Position numbers and translations under genes: made by a program
The notes under the pieces: generated by a model
Seen by the model: only the letters and a program-made list of their open reading frames with translations
Databases searched by the model: none
What the model was told of the DNA's origin: nothing
Shown: piece by piece, positions 1-7,754 of the stretch
Layout of the letters: each line of letters begins with the position of its first letter
How positions within the stretch are numbered: the first letter of the stretch is position 1
Assembly: GCA_030753015.1 (NCBI GenBank)
Contig: JASMDC010000039.1
Location: forward strand, 1-33,742
Source: Candidatus Undinarchaeales archaeon
GTDB taxonomy: Archaea > SpSt-1190 > JASMDC01
Length of the DNA: 33,742 bases
Reading direction: 5' to 3'

Positions 1-220
1 CACGGCTCACCATCTTGCAGGAGCTCGCACTCGGCGATATCCTCGATGATGTCGACACATTCGCCCTGGGCACAGGCACCAGCGCCGTCGTTGCACGGCT
101 CACCATCTTGCAGGAGCTCGCACTCGGCGATATCCTCGATGATGTCGACACATTCGCCCTGGGCACAGGCGCCAGCGCCGTTGTTGCACATTTCACCATC
201 TACGAGGAGCTCGCACTCGC
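1..220 (-). repeat. 93-bp (31-aa) coding tandem repeat, unit CELLQDGEPCNDGAGACAQGECVDIIEDIAE, continuing past the window edge
   Basis: Units start at 1, 94 and 187. The first two are nearly identical and the third is partial and diverged. Confidence 0.95.
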
Positions 221-3200
221 CGAGGGACGGCTCCGTCGTGGGTTCGGGCGTAGGTTCTAGCTCCTTGTATACGCAATAGCTGGCCTCGCAGTACTCGTCG
301 GTGCTGCAGTCCTCATCGAGCTCGCACTCGGCGGTGTAACCATATTCAGAAAGGTCCTCCTCGCCGATGCTATCGTCAGTCAGAGGGATACAGAACTCCT
401 CTTCGCAGTAGAAGCCCTCTCCACAGTCGTCGTCTGCCTGGCACTCAGCTTCGTACCCCTCGTCGATGTATTCATCACCGAGGTCATCGCCACCTACGTA
501 CTCGCAGATGCCGTCAAAGCACAGTTCGCCCTCGAGACAGTCCTCATCTACAACACATCCCAGCTCGCCGAACTCGTCGAAGACCTCACCGGACTCGTCG
601 AAGTAGTCCCCGGCCTCATCCAGAAGATCTTCGGCCTCATCAGCGAACTCCTGCTCGAGCTCCTCGTCGATTAGCTCCTCGGCATCGTCGAATAGGTACT
701 CGACATCGTCGTCGAGCTCGATGAAGTCGATGTCGTCGCCCTTGCACGAAGAGATGCAGATGTACTGCTCCTCAGGATCGTCGATGTCCCCACAGAGGGC
801 GTCGCACTCTTCCTCGGGGATGAACTCTTCCTCAGGGAAGTCCTCGTCACCATAGCCGCTGCACACGCACTCGCCATCAAAGCACATGGGTGTGTCCATA
901 CCGATGGCCATGGGGCACTCGAGACCTCCGCAATCGTCATCCGCCTGGCACTTATCGAGCTCGGGCTCGGTAGGCCCGATGGGTCCGGTGGGCTTGTTGT
1001 TCTTCATCCACGCATCACGCTTGTGCTCAACGCACTTCCGGATGCAGATGTTCATCTTGGCAGCGCCTCCGCGCATCTCGCCAGCCATCTGGACGGCGGC
1101 CTTGGCGAGGTCCATGCCCTGCCGGAACTCCCTTGCACCCTCGCGAGCAGCGCCCGATGCTCCGAAGAGCGCAGGTCGGGGCTCGTCCCCGGGACCACCC
1201 TGGCCGGGGCGGTTGGCGAGAGCCCTCTCTCTAAGATCCCTGCACTTCGGCGTGCGGAACGCAGGCCTTGCAGGATTCAGGCATTCAGGAGGTATCTTCG
1301 GAGCAATACCTTCACGGGGCTGCTCCCTTGGCGGTTGCTCCTTGGGAGGCTGCTCCTTGGGAGGCCGCTCCTTGGGAGGTTGCTCCCCACCGTACTTACC
1401 GGCCTGGCCAGTGAACTTCCTGGCAGCGGTGTTAATGTCGATGTTGAGCTTGTTAGCACAGTCCATGGCACACTCGGCCCTGGCCAGCTGCATGTCGAAC
1501 CGGTTACCAGGGCGCTCAAGGCGCTTGGCGATACCGGGAGGCGCGATGCACTTGGTCATGCACTTGGCCTTGTTCTTCTCGCCCTTGCACTTATCCTGGC
1601 ACTTCTTCATGTGCTTGGGCGGGACCACGTGCTTGGCCACGGTCTTGATGCGACACTTCTCCATGCACTGCATGTGCTTGAAGGGACTGCGCTTGTACTC
1701 AGCGCACTCCTCTTGGCACCCGCCGAAGTTAAACTTGATCTTCGGGCGCTTTGCAGCGCACTTGTAGGTGTAGGCCATGGCCGCCTTCTTGCACCCTTCC
1801 TCGCACCTGGCGAAGCAGAGCTCAGGCTTGCACTCCTCGACCTTCTTACACTCGCGGGTGATCTCATCACCCTCGCGCGTCACCTTGCAGCGCTCGCGAG
1901 TGATGCACACGTCCTTGGTGTTTGCGCACTTGCGCTCACAGCCGTCGAAGCACTTGTTTGCGACCTTGAAGGCCTCGCCCTCACACTTGCGCTTGTTCTC
2001 GTGCTGCTGACCCTCCTCGAGGGACTCATCCTCGCACTTGTCGAGGCAGCCCTTCTTGTCGCGGGCGAACTTGCACTTTGCAGCACAGATGTTGTCGGTC
2101 AGACCGGGACGGAAGAACCGCTTGCCCAGGCACTTGGGGACGCACTGTTCCACACCCGTTTGACACTTTTCCTCGCTGGACTGCTGACAGAAGTTGTTGC
2201 AGTCATCGATCTTGGCCTCGCACTTATCGAGGAACTTCTCGGCCTCGGCCTCGCAGTTCTCGATGGATGCCTCGGCCTCCTCCTGGATGGCACCGCACTC
2301 GTCGAGGCATAGGCCATACTCGGCCTCGGAGGCCTCGGCGTCCTCGGTATCCTCAAGGATGAAATCACAGCTAGAGAGACACTCGTCGACGACAGCGCTC
2401 AGGTCCTGGTCTCCGACCTCGGCACAGCGGGCAAGGATGTCCGCGGCACCGTCCTCGCACTCAGCAGCATCCGCGGAGCACCGCTCCTCGCACCCGCCGA
2501 TGAAGTCCAGGCACCGGTCGAACTCCTCGTCGCATCGGTCCTCGCACATCCCCATCCGGTCCTCGAAGCCCTCTGCGAGATTCTTGGCCTCAAAGGCTGC
2601 GGCAAAGAGCTTGCCCTTGGCAGCGTCCTTCTTAGCGTTCACGCGAGTGGCGGTCATGCACTTCGAAAGCTTATGCTTCGTCTTGGAAGCGATGATGCGG
2701 GCGCGGCGGTAGTCGACACCGTCAAACTCGCTTAGCACGTCGTCGGCCATGCCCTCGGCATCGGCGATGAGCGCTGCGCACTCGTCCGCGATGAAGCCGG
2801 CGGACTGCGCTTCCTCCATGAAGCCCTTGAAGTGTTCGAACTCCTTCATGATGCCGTTTGCGAACCGGTCCATGCCGGCCCGCTCCTCGTCCAGGAGCTC
2901 GTCGATCTTTTGCCGGGCAAGATCCTTGTCACCGGCGTAGAACTTCTTGATAGCGCCCCAGCGCGCGTTCTTGGCATCGTTATGGGCCTTGCGCAGTGTC
3001 TTGAGCGCGAGGTCGAGCTTGCCTGCGGCCTGGGCCTCATTGGCCTTGGCGATGATGGCCTCGGCGGCCTCGTACCTCTTGAGCGCATCCTCGATAGCTG
3101 CAATCTCCTCCTCGGTCTCGGCCGTGGCCTCAAGCTCTTCGAGCTGGGCTCCCAGGTCCATGAGGAAGGCTTCAGCCTCCTCGAGGGCCTCTGCGAGCCT

Positions 3201-4295
3201 GGCATCGAGCTTGTCCTTGTTCTTGGCAAGGCGCTCTGCGGCCTTCTCCTTGAACTTTTCGCGCTTCTCGGCCCACTCATTCTTCATGGCCTTAGCGCTC
3301 TCAACGAGCTTGCGGCCAATGTCCTTGGCGGACATGGCGTCCACCCGAATGCCCTCGGTGAGGAGGAGCTGGGCGGCGATCTTGCTCACCATCTCGGGCT
3401 TGCCGACCACCTTGACCTCCTTTATGCCCTTCTCGATGATGAAGGCAACGAGGTCCGGGATCTGGCTCTCGTCCTTGATGATCTTGGCCGCAGCCTTCTC
3501 AGGCATGGCCGGTAGCGCGATGACGTTCTTGAAGTCGACACCGGGAGCGAGCACGAGGAGGCGGGTGACACCCTCTTTGATGAGCTCGTCAACGACCTTC
3601 TCTTCGACTTTCTTGGTTACTTCCTCGGTGTCCTCGCCCGAGATGAGCTCAACCTCTATATTAAGGGCCTTGAGCTCCTCGGTGACATTGGCATCGAACG
3701 CTTTACCGATGAGGTAGACCTTGGCCACACCCAGATCGGTGAGGGCCGATGCAACCTCGGCGGCGAGCACATCGTTGCCCGTGAGCAGAACAGGAAGATA
3801 GTCCTTGGCTGCCAGTGACTTGGCCACTGCCAGGAGCTCGACCTCGTTCCCCTCGTTGTTACCTAGAACGTCGCTGACCACAACGGCCTCATCGACGCCC
3901 TCGCTGAAGAAGTATTTAGCGATCTCGGCGGACGTACCGTACCGGGTTGCACCCCACAGGCGGGTAACTTCGAATCCGTCTGTCACAAGTTCTTCCTCGA
4001 TGGCTGCCGAGATTACGGCCTCACCACCAATGAGGATGATCTCGTCAGGCTTCTCTTCGTCAAGGAAGGCCTTGATATCATCAGAAAGGGCTTCCTTTTC
4101 CGTGAGGAGTATGCTCAAACCCATATACTCTGCTGCTGCACCCGATACGATCGCATCGGGATAGTTCGCGTCCGTCGCAATGATGACGCCCGGAAGCGCC
4201 CCATCGGCTGATTCTCCACCCAGGTCCTCTGCAAGTCCTACAGACAGCAGCAGTACCAAAGATAACAATAGTGCCTTCGCCTTCACCTTCAACAT
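1..4295 (-). CDS. Giant secreted cell-surface protein (>1431 aa, 3'-partial): signal peptide, CWB2 (cell wall binding repeat 2)-like repeats, coiled coil, CX3C-rich region, acidic Cys-rich repeats
   Basis: Translated by hand from the ATG at 4295: MLKVKAKALLLSLVLLLSVGLAE (signal peptide), then ...IATDANYPDAIVSGAAAEYMGLSILLTE...IILIGGEAVIS...VTRLWGATRYGTSAEIAKYF (PF04122-like). No in-frame stop was seen to the window edge. The track has no minus-strand ORF in this frame, and its + ORFs 15..260, 1023..2312 and 2832..3515 are in-register antisense shadows. Confidence 0.93.
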   Translation of the reverse strand, partial: MLKVKAKALLLSLVLLLSVGLAEDLGGESADGALPGVIIATDANYPDAIVSGAAAEYMGLSILLTEKEALSDDIKAFLDEEKPDEIILIGGEAVISAAIEEELVTDGFEVTRLWGATRYGTSAEIAKYFFSEGVDEAVVVSDVLGNNEGNEVELLAVAKSLAAKDYLPVLLTGNDVLAAEVASALTDLGVAKVYLIGKAFDANVTEELKALNIEVELISGEDTEEVTKKVEEKVVDELIKEGVTRLLVLAPGVDFKNVIALPAMPEKAAAKIIKDESQIPDLVAFIIEKGIKEVKVVGKPEMVSKIAAQLLLTEGIRVDAMSAKDIGRKLVESAKAMKNEWAEKREKFKEKAAERLAKNKDKLDARLAEALEEAEAFLMDLGAQLEELEATAETEEEIAAIEDALKRYEAAEAIIAKANEAQAAGKLDLALKTLRKAHNDAKNARWGAIKKFYAGDKDLARQKIDELLDEERAGMDRFANGIMKEFEHFKGFMEEAQSAGFIADECAALIADAEGMADDVLSEFDGVDYRRARIIASKTKHKLSKCMTATRVNAKKDAAKGKLFAAAFEAKNLAEGFEDRMGMCEDRCDEEFDRCLDFIGGCEERCSADAAECEDGAADILARCAEVGDQDLSAVVDECLSSCDFILEDTEDAEASEAEYGLCLDECGAIQEEAEASIENCEAEAEKFLDKCEAKIDDCNNFCQQSSEEKCQTGVEQCVPKCLGKRFFRPGLTDNICAAKCKFARDKKGCLDKCEDESLEEGQQHENKRKCEGEAFKVANKCFDGCERKCANTKDVCITRERCKVTREGDEITRECKKVEECKPELCFARCEEGCKKAAMAYTYKCAAKRPKIKFNFGGCQEECAEYKRSPFKHMQCMEKCRIKTVAKHVVPPKHMKKCQDKCKGEKNKAKCMTKCIAPPGIAKRLERPGNRFDMQLARAECAMDCANKLNIDINTAARKFTGQAGKYGGEQPPKERPPKEQPPKEQPPREQPREGIAPKIPPECLNPARPAFRTPKCRDLRERALANRPGQGGPGDEPRPALFGASGAAREGAREFRQGMDLAKAAVQMAGEMRGGAAKMNICIRKCVEHKRDAWMKNNKPTGPIGPTEPELDKCQADDDCGGLECPMAIGMDTPMCFDGECVCSGYGDEDFPEEEFIPEEECDALCGDIDDPEEQYICISSCKGDDIDFIELDDDVEYLFDDAEELIDEELEQEFADEAEDLLDEAGDYFDESGEVFDEFGELGCVVDEDCLEGELCFDGICEYVGGDDLGDEYIDEGYEAECQADDDCGEGFYCEEEFCIPLTDDSIGEEDLSEYGYTAECELDEDCSTDEYCEASYCVYKELEPTPEPTTEPSLGECELLVDGEMCNNGAGACAQGECVDIIEDIAECELLQDGEPCNDGAGACAQGECVDIIEDIAECELLQDGEP
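1318..1386 (-). repeat. 15-bp coding repeat (EQPPK / ERPPK / EQPPR, about 4.5 copies)
   Basis: tgctccttgggagg-like units encode GEQPPKERPPKEQPPKEQPPREQPRE. Confidence 0.85.
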
Positions 4296-4323
4296 AGTAT
4301 CACAGTCCGTCTTCCAGATAAGG

Positions 4324-4370
4324 TGTGAACGATTTAAAACGTTTTCTGTGAACGATTGAAACGATCGTTG
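4324..4370 (-). promoter_or_regulatory. Promoter of the giant surface-protein gene: TATA box (TTTTAAA, 4333-4339) flanked by TGTGAACGATT direct repeats
   Basis: TGTGAACGATT occurs at 4324-4334 and 4347-4357, with AACG at 4328, 4338, 4351 and 4360. The region is AT-rich and the TATA box lies about 40 bp upstream of the ATG. Confidence 0.6.
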
Positions 4371-4654
4371 ATGCGATTATCGTAGGCATTATAATTACGA
4401 GCTATATCGTTAAAGAACGTTTCCCTATGTTTTTTAGGCGTTATACCATAATAATTGCAGGTTCTAGTGGAATTCCGCCATGTGTTGCGCCCTATAGAAG
4501 CTAAGTGCGCTTTAATTAATGCATATACCATTATTGTGTGAGATTCTTCCAGTATACGGTCATTCTCGTTATGAGATACATTCTTTGTCGTGCGTCATCG
4601 TCGAAAAAAGAGTCTTCGAGTCTTCCTTACCTCGAAAATGGACCGCTCGCACAC

Positions 4655-5644
4655 CTACTGTGTGAGCTTGATCCTGTTCACGCGACCCATCCCTTCTTTT
4701 ACCAGGATGCCCCGTGCCTCCATGTGGTTCAGGAGCTTGCTCAGCTTCGCCTTGGAGAATGACACCTCAAGGACCAGTATGTTCTGGTTGAGTTCCCCAT
4801 CAGCCCCTAGCAACGCGTCGACGACCTCACGCTCGTCCCACTTCAGCTCGGCCTTGGGGTACGTCGTCACGCCGCTCCCCTCGGAAGTCGCTAAAGGATA
4901 CAACCCCCGTCCGACAACAGCGACGAGGATACCTAGGACCGAACCGATCGCGAGGAACATCGCCCCTTGCCCCATGCTCAGGGAAGGTACTTCACGCTCG
5001 ACTACCATGACTGTGGGCACCGGCCTCTCAATGATGGTCTCGATGCGCTGTGGTGCTTGGAACTTCACGAAGATATCAAAGCTCCGCTCAATGAGGTTGC
5101 TCCTCGACCACTCGAGGATGAGACGTCGACCGTCAGTTGATACGAGGGCCTGAGGGACCATGACTGGCTCCGACTCGTCGAGCTCGTCTGTCTGCACCAT
5201 GAGGAAGTGACCCTCAGGTAAGTGGAGTCGGACATTGAGCTCATCAAGTTCTCTAGGAAGGGAGAGGCGACCGGAGAAAAGTGACGAGGTGTTGTAGCGC
5301 TCGATGAGGCCCTTGACCCTGAAGGACGCTGAAAATGACAGGGTTACGTTCGGTGCAAGGGCCGGACTGAATGACACCACCAACACCTTGTCCGAGGTCC
5401 TGTTCATGGTGAGCGTGACACTACCATCACCCTCCACTGAAACGTCGAAAGCTTTTGCCGGGATGCGTGTAAAGACGTCCAGTAACGGCTCCTCACCGAC
5501 GTTCGTGAGCGTGTAGGTGAGAATCTCGGCCGCGACACCATCATCTGAAAGATCATAATCAACGGAAAGGCTCTGCACGGAGACGTCGGCGGATCCCACG
5601 AGCAATAGGAGCGTGAGCAGGAGCGCGGCCTTCCGCAATCGCAT
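4655..5644 (-). CDS. Membrane-anchored winged-HTH transcriptional regulator (COG2512-like)
   Basis: Signal peptide, beta-rich extracellular domain, one TM helix (AMFLAIGSVLGILVAVVG) and a C-terminal wHTH (DEREVVDALLGADGELNQNILVLEVSFSKAKLSKLLNHMEARGILVKEGMGRVNRIKL). Confidence 0.85.
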   Translation of the reverse strand: MRLRKAALLLTLLLLVGSADVSVQSLSVDYDLSDDGVAAEILTYTLTNVGEEPLLDVFTRIPAKAFDVSVEGDGSVTLTMNRTSDKVLVVSFSPALAPNVTLSFSASFRVKGLIERYNTSSLFSGRLSLPRELDELNVRLHLPEGHFLMVQTDELDESEPVMVPQALVSTDGRRLILEWSRSNLIERSFDIFVKFQAPQRIETIIERPVPTVMVVEREVPSLSMGQGAMFLAIGSVLGILVAVVGRGLYPLATSEGSGVTTYPKAELKWDEREVVDALLGADGELNQNILVLEVSFSKAKLSKLLNHMEARGILVKEGMGRVNRIKLTQ

Positions 5645-5663
5645 TGAACCGGTCTTGTGAGGA

Positions 5664-5683
5664 ACGATACATAAATGTATCGT
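5664..5683. promoter_or_regulatory. Perfect 9-bp inverted repeat ACGATACAT-AA-ATGTATCGT over the probable TATA box of the wHTH gene
   Basis: Read directly from the sequence, 20-40 bp upstream of the ATG at 5644. Confidence 0.55.
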
Positions 5684-5785
5684 CGGTCCGAGTGAGGGAG
5701 AAGAACACCGTGCGCACCTCGGACGATTTAAATAACTGACACGAGGGATTGAACTGTCCGACCCAGAGCCTGACGAGTGGATACA

Positions 5786-7750
5786 ATGACATCCTTCGAC
5801 CTGACCGCCTCCTTCTCACCGGCTGGCGACCAACCCAGGGCGATCGACAAGCTGGTCGAAGGTTTCTCTCACCACAAGCACCAGACGCTTCTCGGTGTGA
5901 CCGGTTCGGGAAAGACCTTCACCATGGCCAATGTCATCAAGCGCTTGAACGTACCGACATTGGTCGTCTCTCACAACAAGACGCTCGCAGCCCAGCTCTA
6001 TGGCGAGTTCCGCACGTTCTTCCCTCATGACCGAGTCGGCTATTTCGTCTCGTACTACGATTACTATCGACCAGAGAGCTATCTTCCCAAGACTGATACC
6101 TACATCGAAAAGGAGTCTGACGTGAATCCGCAGATCGAGCGGCTGCGGCTCCAGGCCGCCACCCACCTGATGTCCGGTTCCAACGTGGTCATCGTGGCGA
6201 CGGTCTCGTGCATCTTCGGGTTCGGCTCGCCGGCCGAGTTTCGTAAGCAAAGCGTTGTCGTTCGGCAGAGCGGTCAGTTCCCACGTCGCGAGCTCTTGGG
6301 CTCTCTCGTCCACGTTCAGTACGAGCGCAACGATATGGACCTCGGACCTGGGACCTTTCGCGCTCGGGGCGATGTCATCGATGTGTTCCCACCCTACGCC
6401 GATGAGGTGATCCGTATTGAGCTCTTCGGCGACGATGTGGAACGCATCGGTCGGTTGCACCCCGTGACCGGCACCCGGCTCGGCGATCTCGATGTCGTCA
6501 CAATCTTCCCAGCTAAGCCCTTCGCTATTGACGATAGTTCGCTCACCCGTGCCATCGGGAGCATCCGCACGGAGCTAGATGCTCATCTCCCGGAGCTCGG
6601 GCCATTGGAGACGCATCGCCTTAGAACAAGGACGAAGTACGACCTTGAGATGCTCGAAGAGATGGGGTATTGTACTGGTATCGAGAACTACTCGCGACAT
6701 TTCGATGGACGGGCATCGGGTGAACCGCCCTACACCATGGTCGACTACTTCCCCGACGGATTCCTTACCATCGTGGACGAGTCGCATGTGACCCTGCCCC
6801 AGTTGCGGGGGATGGTAAAGGGCGACCGTTCGCGCAAGAAGAACCTGATCGACCATGGTTTCCGCCTACTGTCGGCCTACGACAACCGACCGCTCACCTT
6901 CGAGGAGTTCATGGAGAGGACGAGCAAGGTGCTCTTCGTATCAGCTACTCCTGCGTCCTTCGAGCTGCAAGGCTGCGGACAGGTCGTTGAACAGATCATC
7001 CGGCCCACAGGGCTTGTGGACCCTGATGTCGTCGTCCGTCCGATCGAGGGCCAGGTGGACGACCTCATGGAAGAGATCAGACGCACGACCGCTGCGGATC
7101 ACCGCACGTTGGTCACCACGCTCACCAAGCGCATGGCCGAGGATCTCACGTCGTTCCTTTCCGATGCTGGCCACCGCGTTCGATACATCCACGCCGAAGT
7201 GGACACCCTTGAGCGCACCGAAATCATCCGCGACCTCAGGCTCGGCACGTTCGACGTCCTTGTGGGTATCAACCTCCTGCGCGAGGGGCTGGACCTGCCC
7301 GAGGTCGGGCTCGTGGCCATCCTCGACGCTGACAAGGCGGGCTACCTGCGTACGGATACGGCGCTCATCCAGACCATCGGTCGCGCTTCCCGCAATGCTG
7401 AGAGCAGGGTCATCATGTACGCGGACAAGGTCACAGAAGCTATGGACAGGGCCATCAGCGAGACCGAGCGTCGTCGCGACCTCCAGACCGAGTTCAACCG
7501 GGAGCACGGCATCACCCCCACAACAGTGGTCAAGGCCGTAGCTGAGGGGCTCGGGGAGGGTGACAAGCGACGTAAGCGCCGGCGCCACGCCCGATCGTCC
7601 GAGCTTGGTAGAGCTGATCACGAGCTCGAGGCGGAGCTGGAGGCCAAAATGCGCAAGGCCGCTGAAGAGCTCGACTTCGAACGTGCCATCGAGTTGCGGG
7701 ACCGTCTCAGGGAAGTGCGCGGTGAAGTGCCCATGAGGCCACGTACCTGA
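5786..7750 (+). CDS. uvrB: Excinuclease ABC subunit B
   Basis: Motifs PAGDQP, GVTGSGKT, HNKTLAAQLY, YFVSYYDYY, DESH, INLLREGLDLPEV and a C-terminal UVR domain. The ATG at 5786 is preferred over the GTG at 5777. Confidence 0.98.
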   Translation: MTSFDLTASFSPAGDQPRAIDKLVEGFSHHKHQTLLGVTGSGKTFTMANVIKRLNVPTLVVSHNKTLAAQLYGEFRTFFPHDRVGYFVSYYDYYRPESYLPKTDTYIEKESDVNPQIERLRLQAATHLMSGSNVVIVATVSCIFGFGSPAEFRKQSVVVRQSGQFPRRELLGSLVHVQYERNDMDLGPGTFRARGDVIDVFPPYADEVIRIELFGDDVERIGRLHPVTGTRLGDLDVVTIFPAKPFAIDDSSLTRAIGSIRTELDAHLPELGPLETHRLRTRTKYDLEMLEEMGYCTGIENYSRHFDGRASGEPPYTMVDYFPDGFLTIVDESHVTLPQLRGMVKGDRSRKKNLIDHGFRLLSAYDNRPLTFEEFMERTSKVLFVSATPASFELQGCGQVVEQIIRPTGLVDPDVVVRPIEGQVDDLMEEIRRTTAADHRTLVTTLTKRMAEDLTSFLSDAGHRVRYIHAEVDTLERTEIIRDLRLGTFDVLVGINLLREGLDLPEVGLVAILDADKAGYLRTDTALIQTIGRASRNAESRVIMYADKVTEAMDRAISETERRRDLQTEFNREHGITPTTVVKAVAEGLGEGDKRRKRRRHARSSELGRADHELEAELEAKMRKAAEELDFERAIELRDRLREVRGEVPMRPRT

Positions 7751-7754
7751 TCTG

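Noticed and set aside
1-220. Tandem repeat as a possible CRISPR array
   Set aside because: There are no unique spacers, the period is a multiple of 3 and in frame within a CDS, and no cas genes are present.
15-4164. Numerous + strand ORFs (e.g. 886..1767, 1023..2312, 2832..3515, 2947..3717)
   Set aside because: They are antisense shadows of the giant minus-strand gene, with Leu/Ser/Ala-biased nonsense translations.
4334-4531. 65-aa minus-strand ORF in the AT-rich intergenic region
   Set aside because: Its composition is atypical and it overlaps the promoter and repeat boxes of the giant gene.
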